A stretch of DNA of 64,000 nucleotides from Pseudovirgaria hyperparasitica (lineage: Eukaryota), in NCBI GenBank assembly GCA_010093815.1, contig ML996578.1; one strand, given 5' to 3'. Both the position numbers and the translations under genes were made by a program. Positions 33,414 to 44,200 of this stretch are shown in pieces. The first letter of the stretch is position 1; every line of letters begins with the position of its first letter. Under the pieces are notes generated by a model, which ran no database searches, was not told where the DNA came from, and was given only the letters and a program-made list of their open reading frames with translations.

Positions 33414-35502
33414 TGTAACTCGTCGTTCCTTGTAGCTGTTGAGACGGACAGCTTCGTCGATTATGGGATGAGTAGCACCCGGACCTGCGAAATTCTGTGA
33501 TAGACGACCATGTACCACAACATATATTGTGGTGACACGCGCTGGTTATGGATCTGCTTCAGACGGAACAATTGCACCAACAAGAAGCTTTGAGCCAGGT
33601 CGTCATTTGGTTTTTGGAGGAGGCAGCTTGTGCTTCGATTGAGCTCAAAGGCAGATTTGACTTAACCTCTGTCCAAATTCCAGACGTAGACAAGACCGTG
33701 ATACCACTGTTGCTCAGGAAATTGGCTCGGTTGAACAGCGCAATGTCCTCGCGTATAAGGAAATATAATATTTATCGTGAGCAAGGATGAGCAGGGTAGA
33801 GCACGTTGAACGAATATAAGTTCAAGACGCGAAGCACTGGCTACTAAAGTAAACATAAGCTCACGCGGGCATAGCAACGCGTTGTGGTGTGGACAATCGA
33901 CGTGAAAAGTGAAAATAGAAGAAAGCCAAGTGAATCAAAGCAGCATGTGTAAGTGGCAAAAGAAACATTCAAACCAATCAAACAAACAAGCTTCGCGCTA
34001 CGCTTGGGCCCGGCTGAAGTACAGTATCTAGTGCACGGTGCACTCTTGCACCTGCCTTGCTCACTCGATTCTCGACTTGTTGGATTCAGACGTGCATATA
34101 ATGAGACTTAAAAGTTCAGCTGTGATGGTCCGTGCGCGGTTCAGTTGAAAAACTAGAACTTCCAGCTCCACGTGATATGGTTCTGACCCTAACCCTATCT
34201 CATTATCCCCTGTCGGCGCGGCACTAAAATATATGGCTCTAGGTGCAGCGTCTATGTCATGTATCTTTGGAATTTATCTAGTACGTGCGAGCATCGAGAA
34301 GAAAGGTATTATGTAGGTTAAGATGTTGATCACTCTGCTCGTTCTTAGCACCCTTACCAGCAAATTCACAATGCTGTGGCCCAAAGAGTCAAATTCTATC
34401 ATCCCATGTACTTTCCTTATATTGTGTGCTCATACCCGTCGTGGACGACCACGATATTTCCGGTTGCTTTTGAAATAGTTGGCATATATCATGCCGTTCT
34501 TTACGAAGCTATCTCGGGACCTTACAAACCACGTCTCCTTGGTCTCTCTGTACATTCGGCAATTTTGCACTCGCGACATGATGACCAACACCTCGTAAGA
34601 GAGGCTACATGGGCCCGTGGAACACATCAAAGATGCTGGATCCGGGAACCTTATAGGCTTTTGTGGTAAGTAACATCAGGATCTTAGACCAACGGCCCTT
34701 TGCGAATGATTATCATGCTTTATGGCAGTTAGAAAGAATTATAAAACTCCTTACTAATGAATCAGTACCTACTAGCCAGCTTCTCGTTATTTTAGGAGAC
34801 AGTTATTATATGTAAGCTAAGGTGCTAGTCAAGATTGATACAATATATATAAACATCACGATGGTGCGTTTTAAACTAACGAGATTGAGCAAGCTAAGAG
34901 CAGATGCGCCATCTTTGACTCTGTGATCTCATGCTCTGCAGCTCTTCATTCATAGTCAAGACTCGTCGGTCATAATATGACTCAGGACCAAAGATACCAA
35001 TACATACATGTTTCAACAATGCACTATCTAATTCCATGCAAGTAGTTGTTTCTTACAAGAACGCCACCCAGCTATACGGAGTTGTAGCCTGCGCTTACAT
35101 ACCACGCCAAAACTAGGCAAGATATAGATCCAATAGAGTTTATCTTCTATTGATTAAAACAATCGAACCTCCAGAATTAGTATTACTTATCCTTTTATGT
35201 ATTCTACTTAGGTTTAAGTTTACCATTAAGCTAGTAGAGTTGGATTCAATCATGAAGGCTTACAGATTGTCTATATAACCCATACAGCTAAGTAATTGGA
35301 ATAATAGCTATAAGTAAGCGAAGACCCTTAATTGAGGTTATGATTATTTTAGTAAGCGCCCGATCCTCCCTGATTAGTATTACTTAGTAGTGGCTCAAAG
35401 AAGTCCAATTGCGCTTGCTTCGAGAAGAATTATAGAATCCCATCTCTGGTGTCCACCTAAAGACCGGATCTAGGGACATTCATCGCATCTTCATTCTTCA
35501 CC

Positions 35503-36639
35503 ATGTCCACAATTCCTCTCACAATAAACTGTCTCTGCGCCCTTCACACCTTTAGCACCTTAATCTCCCCCAGTAGCCTCCCTCTTCGCGCCACAGCCTG
35601 CCACTGTACATCATGCCGTCACGCAACCGGTGCCCTCTACACCAGCGACATCAACTGGCCACTCCCAGCCTCCCAAACCCCAAACATCACCGCGCTCTCA
35701 AGCTACGCGCTGTTCCCCACAATCAACATTCTATTCTGTGCAACCTGCTCGTCCCCATTGTTCTTCCACAAGCCCGCGTCAGACTGGCTCGGCGCATTCA
35801 CTGGCCAGCTGCGCAACGACCCGGACCTCGTACGTCTTGAAGACAATATTTTCGTCACAGATACCCGTGATGGCGGCGCGAGTGCTTGGCTTGGGAAATG
35901 TAATGCTGATGGGACAGTGGCGAGGCGGTGGAAGGGGCATATTGGCGGCGAGATGGTGCCGAATGACTGGCCTGGAGTGGCGGCACTCAAGGGCTCGTAC
36001 GAGCGAAACGATGTGCGGGAGCTGAGTGCGCGATGCCATTGTGGTGGTGTAGCGTTTACGATGGCGCAAGGGGAGTATGAAGGTACAGCGAGGGAAGCGT
36101 TGCCTTTCTTTGTAGACCCTGTGAGTAAGAAAAACTTGGGTGGGTTTGATGCTTGTGATACATGTCGGCAGAGCAGTGGAGTGGAGGTGTTCAATTGGAC
36201 GTTCTCGGAATTGTCGTATTTGAGATGTGCGGATGGTAATCCTGTGGCGAAGGACGTATTTAGTCTGAAAGACGCGGTAGATGGGAAGGACGCACGGTTG
36301 GGGACGCTGGCATATTTTGCGAGTTCTAAGGGCGTACAGCGGTATTTCTGCTCAAGATGCTCTGCGTGTGTGTTCTATGCCGTTGAAGATAGACCAGTTC
36401 TGGTAGATGTGGCGATCGGCCTGCTAGATGCGCCGGATGGGGCGAGAGGAGACAATTTCTTGGCATGGGCGTTTGGCAAGATTGGGCAGATACAAGATGG
36501 ACAGGGGGGTTGGCGAGAAGGGTTCCTGAAGAAGTCAGAAGAGGAGTGTGATGCGTGGAGAGAAGAGATAGGATATCCAAAAAATTGGAGAAGAGTGGAA
36601 CGGGAGGCGGCCGAGAAGAGGGGTGAGAAGTACTACTGA
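35503..36639 (+). CDS. Tandem GFA/CENP-V (Mss4-like) domain protein
   Basis: Two copies of the GFA Cys pattern: CLC..CHCTSCRHATG..FCATCSSPL, and CHCGGV..DACDTCRQSSG..RYFCSRCSACVFY. Confidence 0.92.
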   Translation: MSTIPLTINCLCALHTFSTLISPSSLPLRATACHCTSCRHATGALYTSDINWPLPASQTPNITALSSYALFPTINILFCATCSSPLFFHKPASDWLGAFTGQLRNDPDLVRLEDNIFVTDTRDGGASAWLGKCNADGTVARRWKGHIGGEMVPNDWPGVAALKGSYERNDVRELSARCHCGGVAFTMAQGEYEGTAREALPFFVDPVSKKNLGGFDACDTCRQSSGVEVFNWTFSELSYLRCADGNPVAKDVFSLKDAVDGKDARLGTLAYFASSKGVQRYFCSRCSACVFYAVEDRPVLVDVAIGLLDAPDGARGDNFLAWAFGKIGQIQDGQGGWREGFLKKSEEECDAWREEIGYPKNWRRVEREAAEKRGEKYY

Positions 36640-36885
36640 GATGTTTCTGTACGTCTGGAAAGTGCAAATTAAACAGTACTTATCATGTGCTATGGGCATG
36701 CCGTGAAATGCAAACTAGAGAAACGTAATATACAGCGCAGCCTGGCCTCAGCCGGCGAAGAATAGAAGCCCTGCCATGCAGGTAGAAGATTGCAATCTGA
36801 AGTCTGAAATCAAATGCCGAGAAGAACCACCATACCAAAACACCTGTCATAATCAAAACTGAAGAACGAAGGCGGCAGCGTATGT

Positions 36886-37728
36886 TCAGCTGAAATATCC
36901 ACTTCCCCAGAACTTGCTCTTCGCAGGACCTACGGCGGAGATCGTTTTGTAAAAGATGTTGAAGCACTCCAAGTCCATGTAAGTAGGCTCAAAACTGGTA
37001 TCCCAATGTTTGCTGGCGTGTTCGAAGGCCTCCTGCGGCGTCCTTCCACCCTTTGGGAAGCCAGGGGTCGTAATTGCCAGGAACATGCCCTGCATTTCGT
37101 ACAGATCCACGTTGTCTTCGACTGTGTCACACATTGACTTCCATGCCAAGTCAAGACACTCATCCCAAGGGTTTATTGACGCAAGGGTAAACTCTGATGG
37201 CCATTCCACCTCCAAGGGTTGACTGAAAGGTTCAGGCCAAGTCTTTGGGTTCTTTTCATGAAGCCGTTTGCCGGCAGCCACGCTGTCGTGTTTCATGGCA
37301 TTGTACTGCTTGGGTACACGTGGAATACCGCGTTTGCCATCCCAGCCCTGTCGCCACGCCTGCTCGAACGCAGGTCTCACGACGAGATCGTGCCATTTCC
37401 TGAGGAATTCGTCGTCGGTACGTATATCGCGGTCAGCGTGTGGGAAGATGACGTAGACTTTGGCGCGTGTAAGGGTGCTTGATCCAATGTACAGAGCCCT
37501 CTTCTTCAGACCACCATCCTTCTCTTTTGCCGGTTCGTGGTAGAGGGTTTTGTGTAGTCGCTCACTCTCCTCAGGAGACAGTTTCGGGGCAGCCCATGAC
37601 GTGCAGAACCATCGAAGATCTTTGATAGCGGCAAGACTTTCAATTCGAGCACAGGCACCGTCGACCACATGAGTGGATCTCGCCACTGAGAAGAAGTCTC
37701 CAAATCTTATCGGCTCGTTGGTAGACAT
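36886..37728 (-). CDS. Hypothetical protein (280 aa)
   Basis: Intronless ORF with ATG start and globular-like composition (LYIGSS..VYVIFPH..FLRKWHDLVVRPAF). No family assigned with confidence. Confidence 0.7.
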   Translation of the reverse strand: MSTNEPIRFGDFFSVARSTHVVDGACARIESLAAIKDLRWFCTSWAAPKLSPEESERLHKTLYHEPAKEKDGGLKKRALYIGSSTLTRAKVYVIFPHADRDIRTDDEFLRKWHDLVVRPAFEQAWRQGWDGKRGIPRVPKQYNAMKHDSVAAGKRLHEKNPKTWPEPFSQPLEVEWPSEFTLASINPWDECLDLAWKSMCDTVEDNVDLYEMQGMFLAITTPGFPKGGRTPQEAFEHASKHWDTSFEPTYMDLECFNIFYKTISAVGPAKSKFWGSGYFS

Positions 37729-39641
37729 TGCTAATGTTGTAGAGTTGAGACGTTTGTTATGCGGGGAGGCAGTTTGAAAGAAAGTCTACAATTGCTCGCC
37801 TGAAGCTGCTGTGATATATGATGTATGGTGTAGACGTATTTGCTGTTCAGGTCTTATGATTCAGTATATCGACTGACGTCTCAGATATGCTTGTGAAGGT
37901 AGTTTTGTTGATCGTTGCGCCGTGATCCAATGCTAAAAGAGTGACTGAAAGACAAAAAACGAGTGCTTGACGAAAATGACTGGACAAAGCAAGGAACAGC
38001 AAGGGATAGCAGTGAGAAAAGGATGCGAAATAGGAGATTACCCTCATATAACGACAGCTGTTGATCTCACCGGATCCCCTCAGTGCGATCGGCCCGTGTG
38101 CTGCATTGCATCTGCATGATGGTCTGGTAAGATAGAACAACCTGTGTCAAGCCACTCTTGTTTACCATTCAGCATTTCGCCCTCAAACCTGAGCTCAGGA
38201 TCCTATGAGTGACCATATATCACCGACTTTCAGTGACTGTTATTATATCGTTCTGATCAAGAGACTTCTCAGAGCATCGCTGAGATGTGTTCGAAACTTG
38301 GGATGCAAGTTGACACGTCTGTATGTCCGTGCCAAGAGATGAAAGCGGCGGCGAAAGGAGATGTACTGCATCTATGCATATTGCCGGTTCTTTCCGTGAA
38401 GAAGCGCCTCCAATTGACCAGGTCCGCCGTAAGTAGCGGACAAGCTGACAGATTGATCAATGGCTGTAATTCATATAGATATGGCATATAACGACACTTC
38501 TCATATCACGGCCTTCTTCTTGGGTTCCATCGCAGTGAAAACAAAGCAACAAACTGTCGTCCAAATTGTAGCTTGTATGACAAGTGAGGTTGTCAAAATC
38601 TCCGAAGTGACATGTCAGATGAGTGTCAGCCCCTGAGGAGAGGTACAAATGAAGTAATTTGATAGTGAAGGAGATGGCAGCAATCTTAGTCTATGATCGT
38701 GAGATGATACAGGCGAAATACAGGGTCACAAGGCAAAGGAGGTAGCTATCAATGCATGAGTCGAGATGCCAAACGATTACCCCATAAGCGAGCGACATGG
38801 TGTCGATCGGGATCAACAAACAGATGAATGTAGTGGTGTTGAAAAGCTGGGAAGTGAGGGGCCTGGGAACTTTGACAGGGAGCTGGCACACTACATTGGG
38901 GCAAGCTGGGGGGCAGAGTTCGGGGAAGGACAGCCCAATTTAGGCCAGGGGAAGGCCTAAAAGGGCCCCTGTTGGTATAGATTTGGGTGGTACTGGGTCA
39001 TGGACCGGGCCTGTGGGCGCCCACCCCGCCCCACCCCGGGGCCTGCAGCCGCCGATCCAAAGAAAAAGGCGCCCGGTCCAGCCTCCAGCCCGCCCATCCG
39101 ATCCCGATTCATGCCTGTTCCTGTCACCTGAACTGTCAGTGTCAGTGTGTCAGTGTCAGCGTCGGTGTCTTCTGCATTCAACCAATCGATCTGCTTCACC
39201 GCTTTCTATCCAGCAGATCGATTGAGCGTGCGATCGGACACCATGAACGTACCTAAACCAAGACACAGCCACGACGAGAGTGCAGTGGACTCTGGCCTGC
39301 ACCCAGCCCCGGTCTACACTTACATCCACGCTGCTCGTCATCTCCAAAGGGCGAAGCACGAGCTGAAACTGCGTGTCGTTGCAGCGTGCTGTGTTGTCAC
39401 CACACGGAACCTCCCCACCACCTCTTCCTGCACGCTACTGACCCAATCGCGATGCAGCCGCTGTGTAGAATGACAATCAGCTAGGCTGCCTCAGTCTCAC
39501 TAGACGTTGCTTCTTCCTTCGCTTGCGACACTACGTCACAAGATCTCGTTCACGACTTTCCACCTCGATCCTCGTCTGCCGACTCACCACCATTACGCTC
39601 CTCCCAAAGTCGACGACGTCTAGATGTGCCTGTAGAATTCA

Positions 39642-40839
39642 ATGAGCGTCGTCAGCATAAGCACCCTTCAGGATGCTCTTCCCGAACCGGGACCCTCGCT
39701 GTCCGTTCTGATCGCATCGCTTGCCGATGCCTTCGCATGCGCCGCGGACCTTTACAGAGCCCTAAGAGAAAGGGAAGAGGGAGGCTGGAAAGAGATTGAG
39801 CGCATCAAAAGGCTTCCTCATCGTGAAGAGCGTGTGATAGAGCGAATCGAAATTCGTCCTCTGGACGGAGCTGGGAGAGAAAAGCGGGACAGCGCTTTGG
39901 GGGATGCTGATGAAGAATCAATCCACGAGAGTGCTGTCCTTGTACGGAAGGAATTGGATCATGGCACGCGCGAGGTTGGACAACAGTATGCCGTAGGAGA
40001 TGGTGTGTTTTATCGTCAGTGTGTGAACGGGGGTGCTAATCACACGTCCAGCACAAGCCCATACGCAGATTCAGGCTGAGATCATCGCGCTACAACAGAT
40101 AACCATAGATATATACGCCAACTTTTTCGGGCGGTATGGCAAGGAGCGTCCGATTGCACAACACATAGCCATGTTAATGTCGAGAGTACGAAATACTCGC
40201 ATGCGCGCCGTCGAAGCACTTACAAACCAGTACCACCGCATGTACATTCCTCCACCTCAAATACCCGCGCCAGTCATACATACTAGAGATCTATCACCCG
40301 TGTTGGATCCACCAAGGCTACATGCATCATCGTTGCGAAGTGCATCCGAAGATACGCAGATAGTCCAGGTGCAAAGGCAGAGAAGCGTGCGCGGCCAGGT
40401 AATGCGTAAGGAGTCAGACATGATAACTACGATGTCCGGACCGACATCGATCATATCGAATGTGAATCGCCACAATCTCTTTTGTCTTTATGCGATCGAC
40501 CTACAAGACCACAAATCACAACCATTGGCTGATGCCTTCTTCCCAGAGGGCGACGGCCGCTGTCCCTACTGCTCTCTATACATTCGTAGCAGCGCTGGAA
40601 AGTCATGGGAGGTATTCAAGGACTCAGATGTACGCGGCAAGGAGAGGAAGTTTCACATTGATAGCCGATTTGTGGTCAAGAGTCACAGAGAAGGCGGCGG
40701 ATTTGCTTGTGTACTATGCAGCCAACGGCGCGAGGCGGACACTGTAACAGAGGATATCTTATCGTTGATTGATCATGTATGGGTTGACCATACGGCTGAA
40801 GAGTACGCGAAGGAGATCGACATCAAGGAGGTCGTATAA
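39642..40839 (+). CDS. Hypothetical protein with C-terminal Cys/His zinc-binding motifs, 2 exons
   Basis: Intron 40003-40051 (GTGTGT..GCTAAT..CAG) joins ..YAVGD to AQAHTQIQ. The C-terminus has FCLYAIDLQ..CPYC..FVVKSH..FACVLC..HVWVDH. Confidence 0.85.
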
Positions 40840-40967
40840 GTTAGGCTCAGAGCAAGCAATCAATTACTTCACTCCACAGGTCTCTCTGGTATACTGTCCT
40901 AATAGGCTTCTTTCACAAGTGGTAGGTCACGTATGAGCGATCAATCTCGTATTACTCTTGTTCTTCA

Positions 40968-41673
40968 TTATCTCTGCATCGTACTTGTCACGCACTCTAA
41001 ACAGCACCGCTCGTCCCCGAGAACCGAACACGTATCACATACATGCCGTCCGCATGACCGGCACGCGAACGTTCCCCCAGACGCCATATCGATGTCCATC
41101 TCCATCATTTCCTCCACGACCAAAGCCTGATCGCAGTCCTCGCAATGTTGCTGCTGCCCGAAGCTCACTGTGTGCATTGAAGCCAACCTCGGGGCCTCTT
41201 TTGGTAGTGCCCAGAAACTATGAAGAGTAGATTTCTGTGCAGCATTGCTGAGGCGTGGTTGGAGTTGTGGCTGGGAGACGACGGGCGCAGCATCCGGGAG
41301 ATGTTTTTGCGCGTCGAAGAGTTTGCTTATTGTTGTTTCTACATATATTGTTAGATGCTGCTTCTTATGATTGTCTTGGATATCAGAGGCTAGACATACC
41401 ATGCACTATTTCCTGCTTCGGTCTGTTGTCTCTATGTCGCTTCCGCGTCCGGCTTCCCAAATCGGAGGCGCTGATCCGTGATGTGTGTTGCGACGCTCCC
41501 CATTGTGCAAACGGCAAGCTTCGGATCGGTTGGTCTATGTCCATGGCGAAAGGATTTGAGAAGCGCGGGAGAGGGGAGGGACTTTGTGAGGTGCGTGTCG
41601 AGTCTGTTGCGCGGCTGGAGACGGAGGAAGTAGGTGAGATTTCGAGGGATGAGCATTTGCGTTTGAGACCCAT
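40968..41673 (-). CDS. Conserved fungal hypothetical protein with basic NLS-like motifs and C-terminal Cys8 zinc finger, 2 exons
   Basis: Intron 41399-41339 (GTATGT..CTAAC..TAG) gives SRTRKRHRDNRPKQEIVHETTISKLFDAQ..QKSTLHSFW..CEDC..CRSCGRHVCDTC..CCLEC. Confidence 0.85.
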
Positions 41674-42055
41674 TCTTGATGATTGCGATGTATGAATAGA
41701 TATATAAATAGATAGATTTATGTATACATGTATAGTCGATCAGTATGCTGGAAAGGATTCTGGAGTACTTATGTGTGCTTGTCTTGGGGTTTCTGGAGTG
41801 GTTGGGAAGATCCATCGTACTTCAGCCATGACGCGAGCGCGTGGTGGAGACGCGTCGGCGCGCTAGCGCGTAAGTGTATATATCTACCTTGCACTAGAAA
41901 ACTCAGAACCGACATCAAAACATAGTGGGATCGAAGATACGGTGGCTCTTGATGCTATTAGTCTCAAACCTGTACTTAAAAGGATAACTGTGGCAGGCGT
42001 CTTCAGAGAAAGGTCTCATTAAAAAAGTCCTACTCCAAGAACCCTCATTTTTAAA

Positions 42056-43101
42056 CTACAATTGCCATGATTGGGCCTTGATGAATTCTTCCAATGGCGT
42101 CGTCTGGATATTCAGCTCCGTCGCAGTACTGACATTCCCCATCCCGAACTCAGTGACATACTTCACCATCTCCATAAGTTCTTCTCTGATCTCCTCCGGC
42201 ACCAATGCGGCATACTCGGCCTCAGAAATGATCTTGGAAGCAGCTGGTAGTCCCAAGGTTCTACTCCATAGCGCTGCGTAGTCTTCCTGGCTGATGATAG
42301 CAGTGGCAGGAATAACGTCAGTGCCAGCTGGATGACCTAGGACCAAGGCCTTGACGAAAGCTCCAGCGTCCTGAGTGACCCATAATTCTGGATGCGCGGT
42401 ATGATCACCTGGGATATCTGGGAAGAGGAAAGAGTACGAGCCGTCTTTCTCCTTTTGTGGCGCAAGAGCAGGGATGTCAGACCAGTTCTCGAGGTAATTG
42501 CTCATCATAACTGTACTCATCCGCTGAGCGAGCTGTGGAAGCTTGCTGAGGATGTAGCTTTTTACGTTCGCTTTCGAATCGAATTCGTACACATGCGTGT
42601 ATTTTCCACCACTGGTTGTCGTCACAGCCGGCAGCGTCGAGAAGACGTATCTTTCCAAAGTCGAAAGGACCTCAGGATGCGAGGCTGCTTTTGCGGCATT
42701 GACACCTTGAATCTCCTCCAATATGCCAGCATATGCCTTGACGCTCTTTCCGAGCTCTTTGGCCTTCTTCAGCCCTTCGTCTGAGGAGGCTCGATAGGTA
42801 TTGGCAACGTAGTCGGTAACAGCGAAGATAGCATTCGAGCCCTTGAAAGCAGACTGCAGAGACGCTACATCATCGAGCTCGGCACGAACAACTTCGACGC
42901 CTCTCGCGGACCAAGCTTTTGCCTTTTCAGATTCGGGGTCCCGTGTGATTCCGCGGACTTGCCAACGATTCTCTTTCAAGAAGTGGTTAGCTACGGAGGA
43001 GCCCTATATGTATGTGAGTTTAACACGTTCTAAATGTTTCTGTTCTGCTGGCTGACCTGTTTGCCCGTGAGTCCAAGGACAGTAACGATCTTCTTGGACA
43101 T
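42056..43101 (-). CDS. NmrA-like NAD(P)-binding (atypical SDR) protein, 2 exons
   Basis: MSKKIVTVLGLTGKQ, intron 43056-43004, then GSSVA..WQVRGITRDP..GVEVVRAELDD..AFKGSNAIFAVTD..FDSKA. This is the Rossmann GxxGxxG and NmrA pattern. Confidence 0.93.
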
Positions 43102-44200
43102 TCTGCTGATTGGTTGTATCGATGCTTGTTACAAGATCTGAGAAGTTCCTAAAGTATTGCGGCTATTGTCTTTTCCATTCTTAGTAGACAACACGTTCTT
43201 ATATACAGTGTCCATATTCTCTTCTTGGCATCGCCAAGCTGCCTTGCTTGCCAGTGTACGGACGATGCCATCTTCTGGCAAGAAGAAGATTTGGCCGGAA
43301 TTACATGTACCTCAACAGACCGGACCCATAGGTACAGTACATAATCTCGTGGCATTTATCAGTGAAACGTAACCCAGTTACTGAGCAGTGAATTGGTAAT
43401 GACTGTGGATTGGTAATGATCGTGTATCATCCCGTTCGCCGAGAGCTTCTATACCTGATCCGGATTGGGGGTGAAAAGGCTGATCAGCGTGCGTAAGAAG
43501 AGTCAATGCGTCCTACCAAGAAACCTTTCATACATTCATGATCTTAGATCCGACTGAGATCATAGGGACGCTGGCCAAGGGGTTCTAGCTAATATCTCGT
43601 AGGGTCGTATAATAGCATATATCCTGAGCCGCATCGAAATCAATAGACAATTGCTGAAGAGCTCACGCACTTCGACATTCTCATCCTCTGTTCTCTGAGA
43701 TCGTTCATATACTCTACAAGCCCGTTGATTAAAACACCATTCGTATCAACAGTCGTCATTGCGTAACACATGATCATAAGCACAAGGACTATCAGTGAAA
43801 TGCCTACATAATTCCATGTTCGAATGCTAACGCCTTATGCTCAGATCTACGTGAAGATTACAAAGCACCAAGTCTAACGCCTGCCAAGTAGCCCGCAAAA
43901 TACCAAGTCCTACACCTCGAACAGATACTGCTTTCATCTAGCTTGAACGTCTCTTCAAGAAGCTCATAGAGCAGGAACATCCATGTATACCACAATGCAG
44001 TCCCTAAGTGGAACGTAAAGCTGCAATGTAAGGATTTCCAGCGCCACCAGGGTAGACTCGCTGAGCATCAGTTTATAACGCCTTCCACGTCCTGATCAAG
44101 TCCCAACGCCTCCAAAGTATTAAGTGAAAGAATGAAAAACTACATCAGTGTAATAGGCTTGCTCGGTAGATGTCCGACGAACCAGCTGAGAGACTTCTCT

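Noticed and set aside
34187..34196. CCCTAACCCT telomere-like motif
   Set aside because: Fewer than two units, which is expected by chance.
38940..39480. GC-rich stretch with several overlapping short ORFs
   Set aside because: It looks like promoter or leader sequence of the 39642 gene, with no coding or ncRNA hallmark that I can support.
23296..43101. MFS, GFA and NmrA genes as a secondary-metabolite or detox cluster
   Set aside because: No PKS, NRPS, terpene backbone or cluster TF is present, and the genes are separated by unrelated loci.
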